Shown: positions 11,886-27,460 of the stretch, piece by piece
Position numbering within the stretch: the stretch's first letter is position 1
Layout of the letters: every line of letters starts with the position of its first letter
Assembly: GCA_951406725.2 (NCBI GenBank)
Contig: OX597815.1
Location: 53,692,001-53,756,000, forward strand
Source of the DNA: Octopus vulgaris
Lineage: Eukaryota
Direction: 5' to 3'
Length of the DNA: 64,000 nucleotides
Program-made: the position numbers and the translations under genes
Notes under the pieces: generated by a model
Databases searched by the model: none
Seen by the model: only the letters and a program-made list of their open reading frames with translations
What the model was told of the DNA's origin: nothing

Positions 11886-12598
11886 CTTTTTAAAGTTGCA
11901 AATTATGTCGCTATCATTCTCTTGTAGTCTTACCTTTATTCTGTCGTAGGTTGTCTTTTGTTCATCTGTCATGTCGCCATTAGTTTTATTGTCTTCTTTC
12001 AGATCATCTATATGTCTCTCATCAAGTAAACTAACACTGCTCCTTTCCTGTGCAATGAGATTACTTTTATTAGTAAGAATTGTATTTTCATTGTTATCTA
12101 TGCTGCTATTTTCCAAGACCCGACTTATGATAGCTTCGAGCTCTACTTCTGTGAGCCAACAATGTTTTTCTTATTGCTCTACCTTGATCACATAGTCTCT
12201 GTTCTGTGAGTTGAAACAATCCCTTTTCTCTCCAATGATCATACATACGTTGTCGGTAAGCCCTAATTTGAGCACCATTTTCATCTACCGGGTTGCTCAA
12301 GTAGTAAGACTCCATGACCACAGCATTAATTTGCTTGCTCCATCTACACCGTGTGTGGTGCTCCCTTTCTGAATATCGACAGGCTGGAGCCAGACCAGAA
12401 TCTCTGAGCCTACAGGGTGTAACAGTGTCACCATCATTGGCTTCAGTTTCATTACCACCGTTATTCATAATATTTTGGGGTGCTTTTTTTTTGCAGTCTT
12501 TTAGAGTAATTTTTCAGTTGTATTAGTGTTTCAGTATCTTCAGCTACTGACAGGTCAGAGCTGCGAAGAACACGTCCAGCCGCTGTCACGGCCGGCCG
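11885..12598 (-). mobile_element. 5' end (5'UTR and N-terminal domain) of an R4/Dong-type retrotransposon
   Basis: RWSKQINAVVMESYYLS...YRQRMYDHWREKGLFQLTEQRLCDQGRAIRK resembles the Myb-like N-terminus of R4/Dong ORFs; starts directly after (TAA)n. Confidence 0.75.
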
Positions 12599-12609
12599 TT
12601 ATTATTATT

Positions 12610-12677
<68 letters not shown>

Positions 12678-12682
12678 CATTA

Positions 12683-12723
<41 letters not shown>

Positions 12724-13193
12724 GAGTGAGAGTGCAGTTCATGCCATCGAAGTGACACTAGGGTAAAATATACGAAGCCCAATATACCCATCATGACTAC
12801 CCGTCTGATAAGGGTAAACCATGCACATGCATCACAACCATATGTGCGCGACATGGTGATCTCATATCAAGATAAACAGCACATGACCTTGCAGGTGGGG
12901 CCCAGTTAGAATTGTCTTCAGGTTGAGTAGCCCATCCCGCTCAAACGGTCCCTGAATAAGGGTTGTTTAAGGATGTTGAAAGAACCACCCATGTTTCCAG
13001 AGGTGAACTATTCAAACCCCAAAGAATCCCTCTCAACACATGGCTATGTTGCTCCCCCACTACTTCTGCTCGTGGTCAGAGATGCGCATATCGTCAGCCA
13101 CTAAGGGACATGCTCAACTGGTTAAGGTCAAACAACTGACAAGCAAATCTGTGGTATTGAGCAGAATATTTGCTGTAGCCCATCTTTTATACC
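12724..13193 (-). mobile_element. 560-bp element, inverted copy lacking the first ~90 nt
   Basis: Reverse complement of ~9988-10457; (TTA)n flanks. Confidence 0.9.
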
Positions 13194-13207
13194 TTATTAT
13201 ATTATTA

Positions 13208-13271
<64 letters not shown>

Positions 13272-13274
13272 CAT

Positions 13275-13410
13275 TGCCTTTGCACAGCTTCTAACGCTGG
13301 AGATGTACTACAGTGTCAGCTGTTCACTACCAGTGAACTAAGGTAACGCCTCTTATTTTTCGAGCACCTTCCGGAATATCCGAGCGGTTCAAAGTAGTGC
13401 TGTTTTCTGA
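13275..13410 (-). mobile_element. R4/Dong-type 3' terminus, same family as 7810-8437
   Basis: Reverse complement matches ~8305-8437 and ends in (TAA)n. Confidence 0.85.
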
Positions 13411-13901
13411 ACGAGGTGACGAGCAACGAGCAATGTGCAATCTCACTTAGAAATGAGCCGAGAAGAAGTTATCTTGAAAGCGTGGGCAGAAGTGGAGAGT
13501 GCATACATCACCTTATATTACCAGATAACCATTGTGCTTTGTCACAATTTTCGACTTAGCGGACTAAAGTACCTGCTCTTCGGCTTTTTGTGTAAGGGAC
13601 GCAATCCATTAGTGAGACATTTTGTTGTCAACACTCACTAAGTGAAGAACTGGGCATGCTGAGGCTGATGATCACAGACACGTACTTAAGCAGCGATATT
13701 TTCAGCTTTTCCTTGACAATGAGCAGTTGTGTGCAGTCTTACCTGCATCTAGAATTTCCTCCAACCATGATCAAACTGTCTGTTCTTCTCAAATAGCGTT
13801 TCCTGAACAACATAATTCAAAGAATAATTTTATATGCTGGTAGTTCCGGCTGATATTTCTTGCAAGCCACTACATTGAGGTTTTAATTTTGGTGAGAATT
13901 G

Positions 13902-13955
<54 letters not shown>

Positions 13956-15999
13956 CCTTGCAAGTGGCATTTATCACTGGATTATGCAATCATCTTTTTT
14001 GATGACACAGCGATTAAGAAATTGAGAAATAATAACTGGGAAGTTACGTTATCCTTTAAAAAAATATATAAATAATAATCCCTTAATCAGAGTTTACCAG
14101 TAGAAATAATAGTTTATCTGATTCTTGTCAATACGGTTAACGTCATATTAAAATAAAATGGAAGAGAAAAAAACGGGAAGTATAACATGTTTGCAGGTGT
14201 ACACAAAAGTGAATACTTAAGTCGGATATCGATTGTTTAAATAAGCTTAACCAAATTTTTGTTTGATTTCTAGTTAAATATCTTTTACTATCTGCTATAC
14301 ATTAAGATTCAAAATCAAAAGCTTCGATGTTCACATGAATTAGTTGAAAAGCCTTGCAACACTTCCAAACTTTCTACCTGTATGTCTCTTTAAGTAATTT
14401 ACGAAATCTGAACAATAGCATAACTAATCCCATATGGTAAATATGAAGATTGTTCATTTTCTAACGGAACAAATACCAAACTCGCCAGGTCAAACCAGGT
14501 ATGAGGAAAACTTGGTTAGCATTAACAAATGGTACTGTTCTCTGGGAAATTTTAATGCTGTTATCCTAGCATATATTTTTATTGTTCTTATGACTGTCAA
14601 CTTAATAATGTAATGGAACAAAAGAAAGCCGTTGTTCAACTTAACTGGCTGGCTGGTTGGTTAAGAATTGAGTCGTTCTCTTCGTCAATAAATCAACTTT
14701 CAGCACGTGCAACGTTCACTAACTTTCGATTTAATACGCCTGCCAGGTCAGACAGGCGTCTACTAGCTCTTAAGGATCGACTTTAGGCTTTTTAATGGAT
14801 ACAGATGCTCAAAGACTCGTTTTTGTGTATAAATACATGTGTTGCAATTTTTACTGCAGTTTATTTGTATAAATTAACCAAAGGTCGAAAAGAAAAGTGC
14901 TAATGGCATCCACTAGACCTCTGTGAACAGTGAGATTAATATGGTTGGTGTTGGGTTTGAACAGCTGCAGGTGGACGTTTAAGAGAGTGAAAGAGGGGGG
15001 AGAGAAAGAGAAACGGGAAAACTATGAGTGGTGAGAATTCCAGTGGGTTGCAGTGTACTGTAAGAAGTATAGGATGAAGTGTTAAGAACAGGAGCAACAC
15101 AGTAAAGGTGATGGGGTGAAGAAAGATAGGTAAGTTGGTTTATGTGGAGAGATTATTTCAGATTTCAAATTTCTAATTCATAAAAGTAGAAGCCGTAGTA
15201 ATAATCAGACGAATGATCTTGATTCGGCTGCAGTGTAGTATAAGTGTGTGTGTGTATGTGTGTGTAGCAGTACTACCGTTTCAAAGAGAGTACTATCACT
15301 TTAATAATTGCAATAAGTCTTCTGAGGTCTTCAACATTTTGATGTTTAAGCAAATGACTTTCTCTTTATTCAATATTAGAAAAATATGCTAGAATTTTTT
15401 GAATTAACCTAGAGCTTTATATCATTTAAATCTTACCATGAAAATCCTTTATGAACTTATTTAAATATTAAAGTACTTTTATGAGGTAATTTGATGATCA
15501 TTTTAAAGAAAATCAAGTTACAAAAATCCCTTTCATAAAGGGAATCGTGGAAGCTGCAGGTTATAATTTTTAAGAGTAGTTTGAAAATTTAGACCAGAGT
15601 CTCTCTGTTTGTGCATGTGTTGTGAGTATGTGCGTGTACTTGCGTGCATGTGTGTGTGTGTGTGTGTATGTGTAGGTAATGGATTTCGTTTTTGATTAAT
15701 CGGCTAAAGTTAAGTGTGGACAATCATAAAATTCCGTTCACAATGAAATTAAGTGATTAGCCTTAATGTCATTTCTTTTCGGTGGAGAAACAAGAGAGAA
15801 ACATCTGTCAAGAGTAAGTAACAGGTCGGATATTATTGATTGGGACAGACAAAAAAGGTATGTACCGTCAGAGAGGTTAGCTGTCTTGCTGATGTGAATA
15901 TCTCCTTGAAAATCAAAGAGAAAGAAGATAACTATGGACAACTGCTTCGAAACTTCCAGCTTCTATATCCGGATTACAAATTTACATTTATAGCAATAA

Positions 16000-16214
16000 T
16001 GATTTCAAATTTTTAGCACAAGGCCAGCAAAGTCGGGGAAGGAGGTAAATCGATTATATCGATCCCAGTGTTTCACTGGTACTTATTTTATCGATCCTGA
16101 AGGATGAAAGGCAAAGTCGACCTTAGTAGAATTTGAACTCGGAACGTTAAGACGGACGAAATACCGCTAAGTATTTAGTTGGGCGTGTTAACGATTCTGC
16201 CAGTTCGCCACCTT
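16000..16214 (-). mobile_element. SINE-A
   Basis: Full head, core and tail on the minus strand. Confidence 0.85.
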
Positions 16215-16521
16215 ACATTTATACTAATGATAATTGGTGCACATAGTTGTGTAAGTAAATGCCTAACTGTCAGTTTGGATAAGCTTGGATTTTCAGAAGA
16301 AGAAAATCAGCCAACTCAATCGCATATTACAAAATAAATAAATAAATAAATAAATAAATAAAAAATCTGTGAGTGGAACAGTAAATCTATGGAAGGCTTT
16401 TTCAGGTTTAAAATGTGACATTGTTTTCGTTATCTACACTCCAAAGAGATGGCGCTTTGTATCTTTGTTATAAAGCAGCTTTAATAATAATAATAGGGAA
16501 TACACACACAGACACACACAG

Positions 16522-16592
<71 letters not shown>

Positions 16593-16634
16593 TGTATTAC
16601 TATTCGATAACATAGTGTTCCGTTACCTGATTAT

Positions 16635-16721
<87 letters not shown>

Positions 16722-16729
16722 CGTCTTAC

Positions 16730-16950
16730 TAAGGCGGCGAACTGGCAGAATCAATAGCACCCTGGAGAAATGCTTATCAGTATTTCGTCAGTCGCTACGT
16801 TCTGAGTTCAAATTCTACTGCGATCGACTTTGCCTTTCATCCTTTCGGGGTCGGTAAAATAAGTACCAGTTGAACACTGGGGTCGATGTAATCGATTATC
16901 CCTGTTCCCCGATATATCAGGCCTTGAGCTTATAGTAGAAAGGATTATTA
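16730..16950 (+). mobile_element. SINE-A
   Basis: AAGGCGGCGAACTGGCAGAATC...GAGTTCAAATTC...TTTGCCTTTCATCCTTTCGGGGTCG. Confidence 0.85.
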
Positions 16951-19718
16951 TGTCGTCATATCATTCGTCACCTTACTATTCCGTTGATTATTATTCTGCT
17001 ACATACTATAATTCCACTAACTAGTTGAATTTAGAACCTTACAATTCACTTTATTTAGTATTGCGTTTCTTTTACCATTTCGTTTCCTAAGAGCCTCAAT
17101 GAAACTGGTTAAGCAATCGTAGCAACATCCAGGATATTTGTGAGTTCATCATTAATGTTGTTGTGTTCTGTTAAAACAAACATGTCACTGACCTCAGATG
17201 TAGCAGTTGAGTACAAAAACGAAAGAAAGGTAAGAACAGCTAGGTAAGGCACACGACTAATTGGCATTCACGAAGTAATTTAACAGTTTGCTGTGCTGAG
17301 ATTAAATTGCCTAACACAAGAAATAATGATTAGTTCGATTTCATCCAAATACGACAACAACGATGATTTTACAGTTAGCACCAAGGCACATATTTCACGG
17401 GAGAACACATGTGAATGAAGTTGACGCCAGTGTTCGACTAGAAGGTATTTTATCAACCATGGGTATATGGAACTGCAAATCGACCTTGTTTTATGAACTC
17501 ATGTCTTAAACGTGCATAACGAAATAATGCTAGGCATTTTGTCCGTTATTCTGCCAATTGTCATATATGTTAACAACAAAATTTTCTCACATATGTTGCT
17601 CTGTCAGTTGCATGAAAAACCAGTGTCAAAACGACCCAAGTAAGAAAGACATTAAGAACAAAATACTATTCAATAATATATGTTAATGTTACGTTTTTCG
17701 TTTTTCTTACGTTATAACTCTTGTTCACTTTTCCTGTTGGATGGACTTTTAGAGAAAAATATCCAAAACTCTACACAAAATAATTAAGTCTCACTGACTG
17801 TTCAAAGCAGATGTCTTTGTCTGATGAATACATAGCTGATTCTTTCAGTCAGAAGGTCAAAAGAAGACGTGAGAAAATAATAGTTTGAAGATGTATAGGA
17901 AAAATGGTGAATCTTTTCCTTTTTACTAGTCAAATGTTGCATAGCCATTATCCTGTCAGTATCCGGTGTATTAGAGACATTGTCGGTCTGTGGTCAAATT
18001 AGGGACCAAGGAGAGCAAAAGAACGAGTAAATTGGCAAAGAAAAAGAAAAGAAGAGTCAATTTTTGTAACTGCAGCCTCACTCATTAATCGAATAGATTC
18101 AGTCGAGTGAAATAATCATAGAGCTTGGTTGATTTCGACATTACTGTTAAACACACCAGTGCTGCATGTGGAAATAATAACACGGACACACTAACTCTGC
18201 TACATAATAGCGGAACTAATTCATTTCTTTGTCTTCTAAGTTTCTCCTGTATTTCATTGCCACACAAATGCATCTGTTGTTTGTATGTTGTTGTTGGCTT
18301 CCATTTCTTCGTCTCATCTCCTCTTACAAGGTTTCTCATCTTCTTCGAATGTTTTTTCTTGTTCCTGCTATATTATCGAAAATCTGTAACGGTGAATAGT
18401 TTCTGATCTGGATTACAAATTTAAATACATGCAGACATACACACACACACATACACATACAGCACACATATCGCTACCTCACATGGAGTAACAACCCTGC
18501 ATAGGATAACACATGTTAGCTTTGTTTGAATAAAGTTATGTAGTTTAGCCCCAGGTGGAGTAGCTCCGAGTGGAAAGGCAAAATGGCCAAGCTTATTTAA
18601 ACTTTAGAGTGTGGCTTGAAGTATATCAGGCTGCTATTTTTAACAAGTATAGAGGCTCTCTCACGCGATTAGAACAAAAATGTTACAAAACTGGTTAGTT
18701 GATAATAGGATTTGATCAATGCTGGTTCAGTTTGATGTCTTGATTCCCAGTGGCTACTGGTTGTATAATATACAACGTTGGTTCTATATCAAATGTTTAT
18801 TTCTATTTTTGTTAGTGGAATGATTAATGTTACATTTTAGTGTACACTGACGTGCTTGTTTCATTTATTTCATAAGATTTCAAAACACTAGAGAACAGTG
18901 AAACCACACCTCGTTATTAATCTCTAGCAGATGGACACTATACTGGAAATACATCTTTCAATTTCGAAAACTACGTGGCATACAATAGTCTGACTCTAAA
19001 AATGTGATTTTCAATGCAAGCCTATTTCCCATAGGAGAAAACATAGTCTGAGATGCCATTCACAAATCTTTTAGTTATGTCTTTTGTGACAAAGATAATA
19101 TCTATTACAGATAATGGTAAATTTCCTTTTTCTTTATTCTTAAATTTTACTTTCTTTACTACGCTTGAGAAAAAAGGTACAATGGTTATGTGGATTGATG
19201 CTGAGTGAATTGTGATATATATCTACAAAACTCCAAATATTTCGGTTTGTAGTTTATAATTCATAATATCATAACATCGTATGTAACGAAAATTGCTTGA
19301 AATTTAAATTCTTCAATGAAAATAGCTCATTTTAAAGTTAATTTTTAAAGTTAAAACAGGAAAATAAAGGCTATGTAAGTAAAATTTTAAGAAATGAAGC
19401 GTAATAAAAATTAAAATGATGTTCTACTTCAAAATAGAAAGCTGCGACAAATTATAATTTACGGACAACATAAAATAGTTTGATATTAATTCGATCTCCA
19501 TAACTCAGTAACTATTATACTGTTTCGAGCCGAGTTGTGTTGAGAAAATACTGAAAGTTTACAGTTCCATTTTTCATAAGAACTTGATGATGAATTGGAA
19601 ATGGTTCCTTTGGGCACATAAAAGTTATCACACACGCACGCACATGTGTGTCTACACACATGCACACAAATATAGACAAACACATACGCACGCATATATA
19701 TACATATACACACACACG

Positions 19719-19781
<63 letters not shown>

Positions 19782-20288
19782 TTAAAGATAACATATTTAT
19801 AAGATTTTATCAAGTAGCCAGCATATAATGAAACCATATAGGTAACAAGTAAAACACAATAGATAATTATATAAATATAATTATAATAAGGGCACTAATG
19901 AGTAGTGCCACATGCTAGAAAAAGACGCCAAATAACTCTAAGAACTACATTATTTACCCCTTTAGCAGGGGCTGAAAGCGAGGGAAGTGAACATAAAAGA
20001 TTTTTTAAAAAAGGGTTTAACTATAGATTGACAGCTAGTTTAGGAGTAAATCTCTTTAATGCCAACAGTATAGTATAACTCATTGTACATAATTATAAAC
20101 ATTTATTCATACCTCTACGAATAACACGTATCTACAAGCGCATATACAAATGTTCATGTTTATATACTAGAAACAGATCATCAACGATCAAACTACAAAG
20201 GAAATTCTCTAGAGGAAAAATTCAGCGAACACCAGAACCAAATTTGGCGGGCAGGACAGATGAAAATTTATATAAAAAAACATAATTA

Positions 20289-20365
20289 AATGCATACCTC
20301 GGTTTCGGCCTTTAACAAAAGAATTACTTACATAATTCAAATGTCCGTGGCTTCATCAGTGCATT
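20289..20365 (-). ncRNA. Type I hammerhead ribozyme, intact core, extended stem II
   Basis: Minus strand: AAUGCA-CUGAUGA-AGCC..38 nt..GGCC-GAAAC-CGAG-GUA-UGCAUU; stems I, II and III all pair. Confidence 0.8.
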
Positions 20366-20576
20366 CGTTCCGTGTGAATGCAAACTGAAAAACTAACCCC
20401 AGCTTTCTGTGCCAAGACAGACACGTGCTTAGTTTTACCGATTACATTAGGGATAACATTTCAAATGTCTTGGTTCTGGCGCGCTAAGAAATTCCTACTA
20501 GAGAACGTATTTATTTCAATATTTAAATAATGAGGGAGATAAATTAATATTAATATTACTGCCAATATACACATAC

Positions 20577-22380
<1,804 letters not shown>

Positions 22381-22386
22381 ATACAG

Positions 22387-22457
<71 letters not shown>

Positions 22458-25400
22458 TTAAATAAACTGAGACAACAAAGCTAAGGCTGTATGGAATTTT
22501 CAGGACATTCATAAAGAGAAAGTTAGTCTTACAGCTGTTTCTAGGATATTAAGGATAATAGGGATGTTCGCTATAACATTTGCTGAACTTTTCTGACCTG
22601 GAGTTAGCAATTTGGTAGAATTGTTAGATCTTAAAAGGATGTGCGATCTTACAGCTAGGCATAACTTTCATCTTTCAGATCCATCAACATATGGCATGTA
22701 TTTTTCAACGATTTTCCACTTGATTGTATTTGGTGTGGAGTTGGCCTTCAGACCAAACTTAATGGCAGAAGTGCAAACGTAACAACAACCCCACACGATA
22801 ATCTAACCGAAGAGAAGAATTACATGGGATTACGCAAAAGGCAACTTCAAACGACGCTATGCAAACCGCCTATCTTCTTACCGGTACATCGACAAAAGTA
22901 AAGCCACTTGGTTCGTTAGCCACGCATGAGGTTCGAAGATCAACTCTACGCAGAGATAATCAAGAGGAAAATAGTAAAAAAAATCCACTCTCTGTGTTAA
23001 GGGCTCTAGACCGCATATCCTTATTAGATCTAAGAATTCCATTGCACTGCTAATTTCGGATCAGAAACTTTCAGCGAATGCAAACATATGGACAGTTACT
23101 TTTGGGGAAATGGAGAGTACCACCTTTCCTAGATTGAGCATCAATATCGCTTACTTTAGACCTCTCCCGTTGATTCTATACCAACTAGTTTTACGGAGAA
23201 ACATAACTCTAATTCTCAAAAACTTTTTTGTTCACTCCTCCACTTTTTGCATCCACCTACTTGTAATTTTCTCGTAATTTCTCTTGTTCTATTGTCCTGA
23301 TTTGCCACTTGTATAGGCTATGTGTTTAGAGTCTGAAAATTGCTTGGAGACACAAGGCGTGTTATTAAACCTACCTAGACAACAACTTCAATGTATGAAA
23401 CTGTTAGTAGTTCATAACCGTATCCTATGTACATAAAGCAATATTTATCTATCACCAGATGGAGAACTATTTTGTTTATCTTACCTTTACATGTTCTCTA
23501 CATGTATATATCTATTATGCATTGTTCATAATACATTTCCTATACTGTATAAAAACACGTGTAACATGGAATTAAAAATATTCCAAATTTCCCGTCTTTG
23601 TTTTAATATATACTTTGAAAATATGAATCACCAGGACGTGCAACTAGTAACCATGGTGTACTCATTTAAAATAAAATATGTACATGCATATATTTGATTA
23701 CTGGAATCTGAAAACATGCCCCTTCCCCACAAGGACACAGCTTCGATTATAACCCAATGTATATATATATATATATACATACACTGTGTTTTCGAATTCA
23801 ACTGTGTAGGCTGAAGAGACATGTGTTTATTGAGATATTGCTTTCATTTACGGTGATGTAGTACATCAGCACTTATACCAGCTTCTGCATTTTGTGATCT
23901 GTTCTTTTTTTTCTGTAGTCAAATATCTTGACCACGGTCATAAAGCAGTATCGGGAGACAGGATACGGGCAGCTGATATCTTATCTCGTTCCCCGCATCA
24001 ATCCTGTCGTTGGTAGTGTGCTAATATATAATATATAATAGATAACATTATAATACAATATCATTAATGAAATATTTACAATCTGTATTACTTAGTATTC
24101 AATTATATTTCTATCACAAACATAATGACTTAGAATTTGTGAAATAATGAATAGGTTTCTCATACAGCAAATTCAAACGCCACAAAGAAAAGTATAAATT
24201 CTAAACAATTTAACATTAATAAATACTGAATTATAAAAGCAAATTGCTAGTCTGTCTAGTCTTTTATTCAGAAATCTTTATACAAAGATAGCTTAAACAT
24301 TTCTAGTTTCGTTTCACTTAATCTATGTACAACCAGCATCTGGTATTTGTATAGTATCTTACAAGACTGTTTATGTCGATAATACACTTCATAGAAATTT
24401 CTGTTGTTTGATTTTTTTTCTTTTGATTTGTCATCTGTTAGTAAAAGGACACTTTATACTATGTATGAACAGTAAGTAGGACTTCTTTGGTGCCGAGATG
24501 ACTCTGGCTTGATAGATATTAATCAAAGTCAATGGTTACTTAGAAAATACATACTTTTCTCTGACACACGAAAATACATTCATATATATTATGCATTTCA
24601 TATTTATAGCCGGTGCTGTATAATGTTGTAAGGAAGAAGTAACTAACCAGCATGTCGAATTTGCTACAGTTTTTAAACTTGCCATATGTGACTCTCGCTG
24701 TTAGAAGTTCAATGATTTGATATTTGGCCCAATAAACAATGAAACAATTGCTCTCATAATCGTGATCTAAAAGAAATGATTATAATAGGTAAAATCGATT
24801 AAGAACATTATTTGTCCACTGAGCTAATACATATCGAATTCAACACATTGATCATCCACCCAAATAAAAAAAATCTGCAATCAGTGAAAATCATTGACTT
24901 TGAGTAGGAGACAATTTTTTGTGCTGCGATTACAGAATAGATCTTAACTTGCAAAGGCACCGGTACATTAGTAGCCGTGAATAATGGAGAAAATATTTTT
25001 GACACCTCATTACTCACATGGGAAAAGAGTATATTTACGTATGTTTGACAGCTACGTTTTGTGTTTCTCATATTCGAGTGCTCGGTTTTCTGAAGACAAA
25101 ACGATTCTTGAGCTGAGAAACAGTTATAATCGTCCGAATAATCCATTGAAAGTTTTCGTATTACATTGAGAATTATTCGAAGCTAAAAAACGAAATCATA
25201 TATCAAATATCTGGTCAAAGTGATATGACAGTATTACTAATAATATCATTATGGTAGTATTATTTTTACAATGAAACTCTAATGTAGTCTCAGTTTTAAG
25301 GGCTTCTTGATTGATATGTTGACTTATTAAATCATTGCTGTACCGTGAGAGAGATTTTAGTTCCTCGTCTATCTAAAAGTAACTACACGCCATTATGAGC

Positions 25401-26256
25401 ACTAGTCATCGATTCGTTTGTGAAAGCATTGTACAACCGAGAATTATTTTGTTAGTTTAGTTAAAACCTTAACATAGATCAAATACCCTCTTAAAACGGA
25501 CATACCTAGAGAAAAGGTCGGTTGAAAGAAAATTCAAGAAACTCAGTTCTTCTCTAAAATCCACTGACAATTCCGCTCAGTGATACGTTTATTGAATCTA
25601 AATGAGTGATAGAGCAACAACAGAAACATGTGCAAGACAACGCAGTAAAATAGAAATACCAAATACATTCTAGTTTATCAAGATAATAAATTTAGGGTAT
25701 AAAACAAGTAAATTTTCAATGAGAAGAAGCGAATTTGTAGCAGGCCTCAGGTGTCATTCTAAATATGTTTGAGTTTATTGCTAAAATATTCTAAGAATAT
25801 ATTAGTATTTGCTGCATAAATACTGTTTTGAATCGCTCTATTCCAGGAACAGTGTATTCCAATCTTCTGCTTGTGATGTCTTCAAAGAGGAAGAATATAT
25901 CAGATTTGTTGATGTCGGGCCATGCTGTCTGTATATGTATGTTAGAGCCGCTTGATCGGGTTAACGTTTTTAAACGCTAATCATAAGATCAAAGAAGCAG
26001 CGGCATCTAACATCCCGTTTGCCATTATTACTCTCCCCCTGGCGGGTGTGTGATGTTGACTGGCACGCTCGCGCATACACACACTCCTGATGTGTGTGTG
26101 TGTGTGTGCGTCTGTCTGTGTGTGTTTGTGTGTGCGTGCGTGTGTGTGTGCGTGTGTGTGTGTGTACGACTGTTTAGCATATAAATATGTGCATACATAT
26201 ATTATATATATGTCAAGAGTAGTGAATGTGTATGGGTATGTAGAGCAGCTGTGTAA

Positions 26257-26322
<66 letters not shown>

Positions 26323-27166
26323 CTGACACACAAATATACATACACGAACATATACATGCACATAGTATGTGTGTGTGTATTCATTAGGGCGTGTATATGT
26401 ATGATGTGTAATAGTGTGTATGTTTATATATATATACATATACATATACAATGCAACGCACATTTATGCAAGCATCTATACAGACGCATGCAATGCATGT
26501 ATATATCGTGTAGTGTATGGTATGTGTTTTATGTATGATGCACATAATAGCTGCGAGTATATGTGAGTGTTACAGTAAAGCATCCGACAGTTCAGAATGT
26601 TATAACAGAAAGAAGAGCACAGAGCATCCACACAGCACCAACGATTGCTGCAGCAGCGTTCGGTTTAATGACTTTTGCAACGAAAATTTCCGATTTTGAT
26701 AGAAATTTGCTGCTTCAGTGCACATCTGTGTTTGTTTCACTCTCAGTGGGAAAGTAATTGCTATGGATACGTAATAGAATTGTCGGGAAAGCCTTTGGGC
26801 TCTTTTAGACAGTGAATTAAAAATAAAAGACAGCGCAGTTTTCTGCATCAGCGAGTAATGAACGTTAGGCAAGCGAAAGACGCCATTTTGGCATCAGCCA
26901 GCCTGACTCCAGATGTTCTATGAACTGAGCAGTTATGTGGAATCAGGCTTTGAATAAGGTCGTTGGTGCCGGTAGTCCACTCCTTACAGTTTCATAGAAT
27001 ATAAGCGTGGTTCCGGAAGCTATGTGTTCATCCTTCCGTACATACACACATCCGTATATGCATGCATATATACATAGGTGCCCATATACATATATACCTG
27101 TATACATATAAACATACATATACGTATGTACGTGAACAATTCCCTACATACACACTACACGCACAT

Positions 27167-27201
<35 letters not shown>

Positions 27202-27420
27202 GATACACACACATATAGACACACGCATATATATCACGCACATACACGTGTATATATACATTCATTATGTACTTATCCATTCTCATGTATGTATATGTAT
27301 ATCTTCAAGAAGATATATATATATCAGTATTAAGATGCATGTCTATCTCCTCTCTTTTCTCCTTTCCCTCCCCCTCTCTCCTCCTCGTCTCTCTCTCTCT
27401 CTTTGTATATATATATATAG

Positions 27421-27460
<40 letters not shown>

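Noticed and set aside
12560-12605. Twister ribozyme at the Dong 5' end
   Set aside because: The L4-like GUGACAGC lacks conserved residues, and no matching GA-GUC 3' L1 strand is present.
12894-13020. HDV-like fold within the 560-bp element (opposite orientation)
   Set aside because: P1/P2-like pairings exist, but the catalytic C position reads U (GUGAA) and L3 is atypical.
18064-18340. Possible host exon (ORF 18085..18339)
   Set aside because: No recognisable domain and no convincing splice-site pair.
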